64,000 nucleotides of DNA, taken from Saccostrea cucullata (taxonomy: Eukaryota). Below, one piece after another: positions 39,801 through 52,523 of this stretch (positions are counted from its first letter, which is position 1; each line of letters opens with the position of its first letter). Location of the stretch: assembly GCF_032062105.1 (NCBI RefSeq), contig NW_026933337.1, positions 434,001-498,000 on the forward strand, written 5' to 3'. The notes beneath the pieces were generated by a model that was not told the DNA's origin, did not search any database, and worked only from the letters and a program-made list of their open reading frames with translations. Position numbers and translations under genes: made by a program.

Positions 39801-40620
39801 AATTTTTATTTACCAAACATATAGCGCCTCGTACTTCAGTAGTATTTCTAGCACTGTGTATTTTTATTTATAAGCAATTTTTTCGTGTCAGGAAGTCAGA
39901 AGACGAATAAGACAGAGGATGTCGTAAAATGTCCATTTTATCGTTAACCTCTCTTTAATTTGTCACGTTTGGTTCCCTCTATTCCGTTAACTGAATAGTC
40001 TTATCGTATTATTCTTTTCTTTTCTTCCTATTATTCTTTTTCTGGGAAAATTATTTTAAAAAAATTATAAATTCAAATTTCTCGTTCATTTGGATTGATT
40101 TTTACAGTAATTAAGTTAATATTAATTTATCTTTTATGCATGTATTTAACTATCGACTGTTAGTTCGTGAGGCTAAAAAAAATAGAAAGGACTGAAATTA
40201 CAGTGTTTTTTTTTTGTTAAAGTGCGTCGGTCACTTCTTATGTTGACTTAAATGAATTTGGCGATCAATTATCAATGTAAATTTTGATTTAAACGATTTA
40301 ATGAAAATTATTTTATAGATAAATAATAATAAAGATGCACTCCACATGCGTCAGCATTGTTGTAAACTTAAAAGTAATATTTCGGTCATAAAACAAATAT
40401 TTCAACAAATTTTTAGCACAAAATCATGTGTAAAAATCATGTGTATATACCATGTAACATCAACACTGGGCGTGTGCAAAGTACTCTTTCAAAAGTCTGC
40501 CATCAATTAAAATATATGAATTCTTTTAATAAATAAATTTGTATATATGTAGACAAAATTCTTACCCCCATCAATAAGCAATACAAATGCCAGAATCCTT
40601 GCCAAGAAACGGAGGATCAT
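33897..40620 (-). CDS. Secreted chitobiase-type GH20 beta-N-acetylhexosaminidase-like protein, paralog B (about 938 aa, 9 exons, catalytic motif altered)
   Basis: Exons on minus: 40620-40566, 38296-37568, 37469-37051, 36873-36139, 35856-35613, 34947-34668, 34539-34369, 34217-34169 and 34031-33897 join in frame (2817 nt). Signal peptide MILRFLARILAFVLLIDGGKVWC. Motifs: DEPRFNHRGLLFDVARNF, LADDEGWR, KRCHDLQERTCLFSQLGS, INPC, FPRLIVFAERAWH, RIPPPGAR. Pro-rich tail. Confidence 0.9.
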
Positions 40621-41179
40621 ATTGACTTTGCCAAAATGACGGCCCTATGTTGACCAAAGAACTTAAGTCAGCGAGGTGACCCTTGACCTTAGGCGCTCTA
40701 TCAGAAATTGATATGAATGAGAGAATTTTATGACGGTGCTTGGTCCACTGGACCTTATGACGTCTGGACAAGTATACATGTTCTGGATAGTTGAACATTT
40801 GACGTCACCATGATGCACAAAGTTTTACATAAGTAAAAGACGATGTATGTATATGCTTAATTGTCGAAGCTTATCCACTCTGTGATGCCTCGTTTATCCC
40901 TTACTACAAAGTATCGAATGAATGAAACAACAAACGGTGGGAATTTCTTTCTAAACAGCTTTGCACGTGAAAAAAAACTTAATGGGATTTTTTTTTATAC
41001 AAGTATTGTGCACGTTGCGATTCTTTTATGTGTTAAATTTTTCCTAAGGGCAAAAACTGGTGGTGCTTCGAGTAAAATGTGTAAAATTAACATGTTTCAT
41101 TCTATATTCCTTCATATTTCAAGGACATTTGCATAGACTGGATCTACATGAATATTTATCGCTTTTTATAAGCCGACAA

Positions 41180-41182
<3 letters not shown>

Positions 41183-41213
<31 letters not shown>
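41183..41213. repeat. (TC)n microsatellite
   Basis: About 15 TC units. Confidence 0.85.
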
Positions 41214-41215
<2 letters not shown>

Positions 41216-43127
41216 AAAATGACTGGTCAATATACAGAAGACTTTCAAGAATAAATTTGCCTTTAAAAAACGCTTTTCCACTTTAACTGGTTAAAATATA
41301 GCTGCAGATTTGTAGCTTATGGTTTTATAATTATATTTGTCTTTGACCATAAGGCTACAGTTCCCGTAATGCAAAAAATGTGTAAAATTAACATGAATTT
41401 CTCACTTTCTATCAACTACCTTACATATTTCACATTCTGTAGACATTGTGTATTTTATCCACCTCCCAACCATTTATAGGCCTAGTTGTCTCTACAGGCA
41501 ATAAACTCGCTTGAAGTGAATTTTCAGAAAACTAACATATAATTTTAATCAAGCGAGTTTATCTCTCTCTCTCTAGTTAAATAATGTGCCTAGAATTAGG
41601 GAGTGAAAGGCAGATTATTGACCGATGCTGGAAAGTGGAGAAATTCTCCCCAAAAGTGCGCAAAAAATATTGCGCCATAAATTGCACCTTTTTTGCCTTA
41701 CGGGATCTGTAGCGTTATGGTCAAAGACAAAAATATAAAACCATAACGCTACAGATCTGCAGCTAGTTAAAATATAGCTCATATTATCAGTAACACCAAA
41801 TAGGCTAATGTTCATTCTTGAATATTCATATTAAATTCTGACAGTGGTAATACCATATTGAACACTTTGTAGCAACTTTTGAAAAAAAAAAACCCTTCTT
41901 TTGTTATTATTCAATTAAAAAAAAAAATTGAAGTATACTGTAATTTCACAAAATCACATAGAAAAACTTTTTTTTCTAAATAAAGTGTTACAACTGTTGT
42001 GTGAACCAGACACAGAGAAACCTGATTAATCTGACATGCTCCAAGATAGAAACTTTGTGTCGGAATAGAGGGGGGTGTTGGGTCGCACAGGGAAAGGAAC
42101 ATTGAAAACAAAGGTCACAATTCACAGTGAAACGGATTGCAAGAGTGTCAGATTAAATACATAATTTTCACTGTATAATTATTGATAAATCAACTCTGCT
42201 AATTGCAGACAAGACAGAAACCCAGTTTTCTCTTTAAAATGGTTTCTTTATTTCAATGTCGTAATAAATACATGTAAAATAATAAAAACATTAATAAAAT
42301 TTTTACCCATATTTTTTTAAAGATCTAAGTACTATCTAGAAAAGTCTTATTGTAAAAAAAAATTAGTACAATACATGTATATTGCAATGTTATCTCAATA
42401 AAGCCATAAAAATATTGCAATACATCAAAATATGACGATGATCATGGCAATATCAATCTTTAGTTATTAAACTATAACTCGATACTCTTAATACTACATG
42501 GCTAGCAGTAAATTAACAATTCAACAGATCATTTAAATATGCATTAAAATATCAGATACATATATTGTATGACATGGCTTCGAAAATGTCTAAAGCTGCC
42601 TGAGCCCTCATACTTTTAAAAACATTGATTTATATACACAAATTTTCACAAATGTAGCACCAAATTTAAATCACAAGAGAATAACTGTCCCAAATTTGAC
42701 ACTTCATGATGAGCAAACCCCCATTTTAATGTGGATTTCAGCAGGTCAAACAAACACCAGGGGACTTTTCATTACAAAACAAATGTACAAATGGGGACAA
42801 TAATAGTAAAAAACAATGATAACATGACTTCAAAAACACAAGTTCATGTATTTGTGCAGTAACTCCACAGAAATGAAAAATGTTTGTGCATTGGGCTTTG
42901 TTTCACACATTCAGTGAAATGATTTTAATGAGTATGGAAGCTCTGTATTGCCACAACAGACTCCATTTGATGAAGCAGACCTGTTTACCCATTTCGTTGT
43001 TTTTCAGTAATTTTGATGAAATTTTTCCGTGAGATTTGGCATTTACCAGTGAGATTTCATTTTTTATTGATTTTACATATATCTAAAGTGAAGGACGAAA
43101 GACTGTTTTTCTGATTACTAAGTCCCT

Positions 43128-43323
43128 GGCATGGCAGAGTGGTTAGAGCATCTGCTCTAGAGTCGCGAAGTAACGACGCAGAGGGTACTGGCACGGAAAA
43201 GATCCCTCCTCGCTCAATGGCCCGAGTAGAGGACATTTGCAGTTCACCATCGGCAAGTGGTGGCGTTTCCATATTAGTGAAAGATTCTCGAGAGGGACGT
43301 TAAACAACGTACAATCAATCAAT
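43128..43323 (+). mobile_element. tRNA-derived SINE remnant downstream of the LRP4 stop
   Basis: A-box-like TGGCAGAGTGGTTAGAGC head, central GGCACGGAAAAGATCCCTCC, and tail GGGACGTTAAACAAC..(CAAT)n. The same tail occurs at about 28298-28358. Confidence 0.55.
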
Positions 43324-43539
43324 TTTATTATTAAAACAAAATTGACGAACACTTTTACTGCTAAATTCCGAACAAATGTATTTCCGTAATTTTATAACAT
43401 CATAACATGAGATGCATTTTGTACTAAAAAACCGTATAAAATACGGCGAAATCGTGAGAGTAAACAGGTCTGTGAAGAAGAAACAAATGTCTACACCCGT
43501 TATAAGTTGTCTACACAATGTAAATACCAAACATCAGTG

Positions 43540-46500
43540 CTATGTATCCACTTGTTTATATGGAACACTGTTTTTGGACTTGTTCACATCTTTGACAGTC
43601 TTTGGTTTAAATATCTTTTTGTTGATCACCCTCTCTGGACAATGTTGGGAGTGGTCAGCAGTGTGGGTGTCCACCTGCGTAACCAGGGCAGCCTTCTCTG
43701 AATTAACTATACCCTTATCTTTGGTAGGTAAAACAAAGGACACTTTCTCCTGTCAATCAAAAAAATAATTCAGAAAATATTACACATACATAATGACACT
43801 TGCATATAAATCATGAAATTTGTTTTCTTTACATAAATAAAAATGCTTTTTTGCTGTTGCAAATTGACCCAAAAGCCATGCTTTGAGAAATTTCATCAGG
43901 TATATATATGTGTATATACATGTATAATACTACATAATACTATGCAGTTTAATGTGGGTTCTTTCTATTTTATTTTTTCCTTAACATTGACAGTTTATAT
44001 GTGGATGTACAGTGTACCTAAATATTCATGAGTCATTGAAAGACAACCCTCAATTAAACATATTTTAATACATGCAAACAAGCACTACATATTTCTTTGA
44101 GAATGAAAGTTTCTTTAGGGCTTTGGATTATTTGAGTATAATACTGTTTTCTACATCCCTTTAGAAAAGTAACTGATACTGACCTTCTTTTTATTAGCTT
44201 TAAATATTTTCCACTCCTGTGACCCGGATAAGGAATTTTTATCTATGTTGATGGTCTCTGTACTAGTTTTCTGGTAAGTGGGGTTAGCAAAGGTCAAAGA
44301 TGACAGTTCATCATTCTCAACCCTGTAAGTCTGCCTCTTTTTCTTCCTACAAAATCAATAATTATAATTGTTATACATTCTGCATTTGTTCTTAAAGTAA
44401 ATATGATGAATATTCAATCTGTAGCATACCTCTGTCTGACTTTGAAGACTACAATGATAATGAGTATGGCTAAGATCACAATTCCAATTCCTAAACCAAT
44501 CATGGCCTTCTTTGTTCCTGCTTGTTCTGTAGAACATAAATTTCACATTATTTACCACCAAGTAAACATACTTGTATGAATTAATTGTTGAGCTTCTAGT
44601 ATTTGAAGATAATGTGTGTGATATTTCTCTGGTTATCCAAACTTACCCCCAGTACTTGAGACTGAAGGAGAAGGGGTTTCACACAGACCTCTGGCTGAAT
44701 CCTCAGCACTACAACTATGCAAAAAACAAAAAATCATTTTATAGTGAGAAAGTTAACAGGATGTCTGCAAAATATATATCAGTACATTTTATATACAATA
44801 TCAGGAAATATGCTCTGAAAAAAATCTAAGCAAATTGATCATGTCTAAGTCAAATATACTTCTTGTTACATGTTACACATAAGCAAGAAACCTGATACAT
44901 GACTTGCTCTTACTAGCCCTGAAGTGCCGTCATGAAAATACAGATCAGTACATGATAAAATTATTAAGTTTAAAGTCATTGTTTAGCATTTTTATCATAC
45001 AAATTATATGTAAATTATCTAAAAGAAAATTTAATATAGCTTACCCTTCTGCATTATCATGGATGCTGTTCTTTTTTATAGTTTCCCCTTTGTAAGGCAC
45101 TGTCAAAAGCATAGAAATAAAATGATAGAATCATGATACAAAATCCATGGAAGGAACACTTCATTACAAACTACATAACATTCTGAATTAATCCAAGCAC
45201 TGGTCTAACTAGGATTGTACTACACTATAAGACAATGACATACCTGTGACACAGGGCCACTTCGGGTCTTGTTTGTCGGGACAGGCACATCGGAATCCGT
45301 CACCTCGAGCCAAACACAAGTGAGAACAACCACCATTTCTCAAATAACACCCATTTTTACCTAAAAGTACAAGATTGCAAAAATAATCTTCTTTTCAATA
45401 TGGTGCTCTGAAAAAACTATGTCCATACAAAATGTAATAACCCACTACACAAAGGACAAATCCCTTCACATTGGGAAATCCACAAAATTTTGATAAAAAT
45501 TCACAGGTCTACTGACAGAATTGTATTTTAACTATCAATATGAGCATATTAGCTTAGAACTTTCTACAGTTATTTCTCAAAAAACAGAAACAGAAGCTAC
45601 ATCCATGAGCATTTAAAACCATCACCCCAGCAATGATTTTGAACTGGTGCAAATATGAACATTTTACACCAAGCCATTCTACAGACCTCAAATTTCTTAT
45701 GTACAAACCCATATGGAACCTATCGACAGATGAACATGGACCACTCCTCCTTCCCTCCTGCCCCTCACCACCACTTCAATGAATACCCAATGTTCTAATT
45801 CCTGTATTTATACTCACCCTTCTGCCTGTCTGGGGCCACAAACTCGATGTCCATCAGTCCCTCCAGGTTCTTAGAGATGACCGTCCGGTCTAACCCAGTC
45901 ATTTTACTGGCTCTCTCTATCTGCTCTGTCTGCCAGTCAGTCCAGTAGATGTACTGGTCATACTAAAATTAATACAGAAGAATTATGACAGAAAACTTGC
46001 ATCTATTTTTAAAATATCTGTTTTTGCTAGATTAAAAACATTTCAGTGGTTGGCATCTGGAATATTACACATCTCAATGTTTCATCAAATATTTTTCATG
46101 TGTTTCAAACAAGTTTTACTTGGTTTGTCTTGAAAGATTTTAAAGACTGCAAATGCAGTCTCCTGTCTTTATTTGATTCAGGTATACCCGGTAGAAAAGA
46201 AGGACTCCAAAATTTCAAATATACTAGAACACCCAAACATATTGTCCACTTTTTAGTTACAAGTACCCACGTAACTTTCTTCTCAAACATCTATAACCTT
46301 ATAAATACTTGTGCATGTACTGTATAGGGGATTAACTTCACGGGTTGTAATTTTCACGTTTTTCTCCCATCTGACACGATCGCGGTTTCTTGAAATCGCG
46401 GAATAGGTATATAATAGATGTAACCTCCCTTGTCTATATCCGTTTAATCCATATCATAGCTACATGTAAACGACATTTTCAGCATTATGTCTTTATTTCA

Positions 46501-47621
46501 CGAACAACAGGGTAGGTTAATATAAAATTGTTAGACTTAATAAACAAGAGGCCCAGGGGCCACAGCGCTCACCTGAGCACATCAGCTAAGAAAAAACACA
46601 TCAGATCAGAACTGAAAGTTAATTTAATTTGGGGGGGGGGGGGGCTTGAATTTTAACCCCCAAGGGGATCATAATTTGACCGAACTTGAATCTTCATTAC
46701 CTGAGGATGATTCCATACAAATATTACTAATTCTGGCTTTGAAGTACTTGAAAAGAAGATTTAAAAAGGTTTCCCTATATATTTCTATGTAAAACTTTGG
46801 TCGGCCATTTTGGCCAGACCCTTACCCCGGGGTCATGACTTGAACAAACTTGAATCTACACTACCTGAGGATAATTTCACATGAGTTTCATCTTTCCTGT
46901 TTCAATGGTTCTTGAGAAGAAGATTTTTTAAGATTTTTCCTATATATTCCTATGTAAAACTTTGATCGGCCATTTTGGCCCCGCCCTACCCCCGGGGGTC
47001 ATGACTTGAACTTGAATCTACACTACCTGAAGATAATTTCAAATGAGTTTCATTTTTCCTGTTTCAATGGTTCTTGAGAAGAAGATTTTTAAAGATTTTT
47101 CCTATATATTCCTATGTAAAACTTTGATCGGCCATTTTGGCCCCGCCCTATCCCCGGGGGTCATGACTTGAACAAACTTGAATCTACACTACCTGAGGAT
47201 CATACCACATGAGTTTCATCTTTCCTGGCCCAGTGGTTCTTGAGAAGAAGAATTTTAAAGAAAATTCCTAAATAGTTGGAGTTAAAATTTTGTTTACCCA
47301 TTTTGGCCCCGCCCTACCCCCGGGGATCATGACTTGAACAAACTTGAATCTACACTACCTGAGGATCATACCACGTGAGTTTCATCTTTCCTGGCCCAGT
47401 GGTTCTTGAGAAGAAGAATTTTAAAGATTTTTCCTATATAGTCCTATGTAAAACTTTGATCGGCCATTTTGGCCCCGCCCTACCCCCGGGGGTCATGACT
47501 TGAACAAACTTGAATCTACTCTACCTGAGGATGATTCCACATGAGTTTCATCTTTCCTGGCCCAGTGGTTCTTGAGGAGAAGATTTTTTAAAAATGCCAA
47601 TAATTTTTCTCTTATTCATGA

Positions 47622-47696
<75 letters not shown>

Positions 47697-47708
47697 CTAG
47701 TGGTTCTT

Positions 47709-47744
<36 letters not shown>

Positions 47745-47764
47745 GACGACAACGACGACGACAG

Positions 47765-47822
<58 letters not shown>

Positions 47823-50800
47823 TAATTAATAAACACAAGTGCAATTATTAAAAGTCCTTCACTCTAAACGTCAAATGACTTTCCTATATGCTATTACGAT
47901 GAGTGCATAAGCACCCAAGATCTTCAATACAACGCGGCGAAAAACCACTGGACGGAAATAAATGTATTTATGTAGTTCTACGAAATAATTCCTTCCACAT
48001 CTTCAGTAAGTTCGACATTTATTTGAATGATTTTTTTTTAAAGCCAAAATGTCGATAAAAACTACATGAACTAATATGCATATGATACTGCAGGTAACAA
48101 ATTCACGTGGTAACATTAGTTACGCACGGGTAATCAAAACCCATGGCCCACATGTTTTGATTGATGAAACATCTGGCGTTGGCTATTAAAACAGCTTTTG
48201 AACAAATACAAGTTATTATCTGCCGATTTTAATTAAAGTAAAGCGTGATAATTAAAATAATTGAATGACAGTACTACTTGTAATTACTGAAATGACCATG
48301 TACTGCGCGTACACCTATATCAAATTTCCAAATAAAACATAAGGATTATTGAAAATTTATTCACTGTTTCTTGAATTCACGGATTTATAAAAACCGTGAA
48401 TATAGCAAATATTAACAATGCGAGTTATTTTCCCCCTATACAGTATTTCAATTATGAATATCATATAGGTAAAATAAAATATAAGTATTATTTTTTTGTA
48501 ATTACTATGAAATCATTAATTTTTGTGTGGGTTTAATTTTCGTTGTTTTCAAGGTATAGAGAGACCCACGAATTTATTACCACCACGAAATGTAAAATTT
48601 GATATGTATTACTACTACACATTTTTCCAACCACGAAATTAAATCTCAATATTTTTTCCTCAAACCTCGAAAATTTGACACCTCAAAAATATGTGATCTT
48701 ACGCTATTCCCACAATCTAAAACTTACCACAGCCAAACCAAATGGATGAATGACATCGCTGATCAGTTTAACTCTGTGGTGACCGTTAAAATCTGAGGTT
48801 TCTATTTTATCTAATTTGGCATCTACCCAGTAGAGTCTCTGCATTGTATAATCAATAGAAAGTCCATTGGGATACCCTGTCAAGAAAGAATTAATCGTAA
48901 ATTAAGATATACTGTAAGTATCTTTTTGTATGTATAAAAGGAAACAATTCTCTGTTCACTACAGTGATATCTTCTAAAGCAAAATAAAACATCTGACAAC
49001 TGACTGAGACGAACCAGTTACCTAGAATACTGAGTAAGTGTTAACTGATTAGACCTGCATATCACAATAGTTTCGAAATACATGTACATTAATTTCCCTA
49101 GATAATTATCAACTCTTTATTTGTGAGACAAAATTTCCACACATAGTGGTTAATCCTCTAAATAATCTTATACTAAAATATGCAAGAAATAAACTTTAAC
49201 GGGCACACTATCTCGTTTAATTACATGAAAATAAAACTCACATGAATTAAAGTGATTTACAGTAATTAGATGTCTTCAATACCTAGTTAAGCATAAACTA
49301 TGACTTACCTAGGCCAGTGTTTACAATGACTTTTCTGTTAGTTCCATCCATAAATGATTTCTCAATCTTTGGTTTGTGTCCCCAGTCTGTCCAGAACATC
49401 CAACTAGATTTAATAAAAAAAGAAATAGAACAATTCTTTCAAAATAAAGGTCCTTTAAAGCTGTTTAAGTTATCTGGATAAACAGATCAGAATGTGGGTA
49501 TGTCTTCATAAAATGTACTCAGCTGACAGGTACTCCAAATTTCATTCACCGTGTAGGCAGATAACTTACCCTTTATTGGGGTACAGAGTTATGGCTCTTG
49601 GTTCATCCAGCTTTTCATTAATAATGGTTTTTCTGTTTCTCCCATCCAACCAGGCAACTTCTATCCTGTCACGACCTGCAAGGCAAGAAAACACTTTCAT
49701 AAGATCATTGTTGAATAATATATTCCTCATGTCACTGTAAATTCTTCTAACATTGTAATTTATTTAGACTTTCTATTACAGTTAGGCTTGGATTTTCACT
49801 TTTGACTTTTTTCCCCTCTATGTTATTTTGTACACACCTGTGTCTGTCCAGTACAGATTTCTGCCTATCCAGTCTACAGCCAGACCATCTGTTGTCTCTA
49901 GATTGGACGACACAATTACTTCAGACTGACTGCCATCAAAGTTTGCCCGTCTAAAATTAAAATCAATATTTATTTGTTATCATTACCTATGAGATCCTAA
50001 AGATTATCAAAAATATGCCCAAGAGAATGGAAAGTTTGCTAAAACTTTATCATATACTGACATCATAATCATTGAGAAGTTGATTTTCTTTTCATGTTAA
50101 TGCTAGTTCCTGTAAAATTGCATTTTTGTATCTACTGTATGTAAAATATAGATCCCTTCTGAAGTCAAAAATATATCATTTAAGACTTTCATAAATAAGT
50201 CCATACAGACAAGCATTAGTAGTTACACTTCATTCTCATACTATATGAAAAGTGGAAAATTAATATAGAAATTTCAGAATCAGAGTTTTCCACATACTTG
50301 ATGACATCTTGGTGAACATCTGTGTAGAATATCTTTTTATCCCTGTTATCGTAATCTAGAGCTATTACATTATGCAGATCCTTGAGGGGTAAGAAGACAT
50401 CAGTTGTGTCGTTTGTATCAAACGAAATCCTCCGCACACTTCCTCTACTGGCAAACAGCAGGAACTTCTCCGGAACTGAAAATACATGTAGACATTCGCT
50501 CCATACTATAATGTATGTTGTAGAAAAACAAGAGGCCCACGGGCCTTATAAGTCACCTGAGTATCACGTAACAACTTTCCAGCAACTGTATTTGGTTCGT
50601 GTTTTAATCCAAAAGCCATGAAATTCACAAATTTTGAAAGAGGAACCATTGCTTATCAAAGGGCAGATTTCAAAGCATTAATTTATTTTTAGTCAAAGTA
50701 CCCCCCTGGTACCCCTGACCCAGCAGCCCTGAAATTATCTATTTTGAAAGAGGCCTCTTTCTTCATTATAAGGCCAGCATTTACATGTATTTTACGTTTA

Positions 50801-52212
50801 GGTTTATTTATGAACATGAGAATAAAAAAGTCCCGAAGGAGAAGGAAATAAAAAAAAATTTTGATAAATCAATTATTAACATTTGTACATTCTTTTTTTA
50901 TGCTATCCTAATAGGCTCCTTACCACTGGACACATAATGCTTATAAATAGGAAAGTAGAACATTTATAATTGCTTATTTCATCATCTGCCAGTTTGGGCC
51001 AGTTATATAAATTTTGTGATGTTGATCAAAATATATTTTAAAAAATCAATTCTTTTAAAGTCTTTCAATATATCTTCATTTTTTTTAATATGTGTTAGAT
51101 GAATGTGTAGACATTGTTCTAAAATTTACTTGATGCCTAAAATTATAATTCCTATCATAAAACAGACAGGGAGTATTGGGGAGTAGGGTCAACATTTTTT
51201 CAATTAAGTGGAAAATAATTTTTCTGGCTGATACAAATGATACTACATCACATGCCTGTATATATTTGTATATTCTTGCCTTTTAATAGTTGAATTTTTT
51301 TTTATTTCTTCAGGTTATTGTTTATTTCTTCCTCAAATGGACCTAACTTCTCCCGTAGTTTTATTCATTACATCTGATGCATAAGAAACCCTTTTCTGAA
51401 GAATGATGCTTAGACTGTAAGCTATAACAGAGACCTAAACAATGTCGCTGGCAATATGCAATAGCTACCACGGGCAGTTTAAAACCTGGGGGAGGAAAAT
51501 AATTTACAGTTACTTTTGAAACCAATACATAATTAACTCACCAGCATGTCATTGTGCTACAAAGTCGTCAGCATTTTATTTGTCCTTTGAACGGGTGAAA
51601 CGTTTTGAATGGCACTCTTATCAATGAATTTTACACTAAACCAAGCTATCTTCTCAGATCTAGCTTTATTTACCCGCCATTTCATCGTAAAACCGGAAGT
51701 GCGAGTTTGTAAATTTGAAATCTCGACCCCGACTCAAATTTGACATTGGAAAGAAAAAAAATTGTTTTATTTTTTTCTGAAAATTCAAAACCTTGAGCGG
51801 AGGGTTTGTAAAACTGAAAATAAAATAAATCCTGGCCTTAAATATTTAATTAGATCATTAGCATATTAACCAGGAGCAAAGGATAAGATGTTCAAAGAAT
51901 TCATGAATTTCACTATATAATCATTAGAGCCCCACCCTAAAACAAGAACCCCTGACCCTGGGGCCATAAAATTCACAATTTTGGTAGAGGCACTCTTGCT
52001 TATCAGAACTATGTACTTAGTTAGTTTATTTAATACCCAGGAGCAGAGAAGAAGATTTTCAAAGAATTCATGAATTTTCACTATATAATCAATAGAGCCC
52101 CGTCCTAACACCAGAACCCCTGACCCTGGGGCCATAAAATTCACAATTTTGGTAGAGGCACTCTTGCTCATCATAACTATGTACTTAGTTGGTTTATTTA
52201 ATACCCAGGAGC

Positions 52213-52246
<34 letters not shown>

Positions 52247-52492
52247 CACTACCTACTTATTTAGCCCCGCCCTAGCACTAGAACCCCTGACCCCAGGGCC
52301 ATGAATTTCACAATTTTGGTAGAGGACTCATTGCTGATTACAATCATGCAAACAGCTTGACTGCTTGATGTCCAGGAGTAAAGAAGAAGATTTTTAAAGA
52401 TTTCATTAATTTTAGTGGTTTTGGCCCCACCCCTCAGGCCCCAGGGAGGCAGGAATCATGAAATTCAAATTTTTTGTTCCCCTTCACCCATA

Positions 52493-52523
<31 letters not shown>

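Noticed and set aside
24061-40620. Bacterial contamination, or GH20 pseudogenes
   Set aside because: Each gene has eight canonical introns, in-frame splicing with no stops or frameshifts, and a signal peptide, and is flanked by animal genes.
51866-52249. 127-aa ORF with an internal repeat
   Set aside because: It reads through satellite monomers of an intronic element; there is no coding signature.
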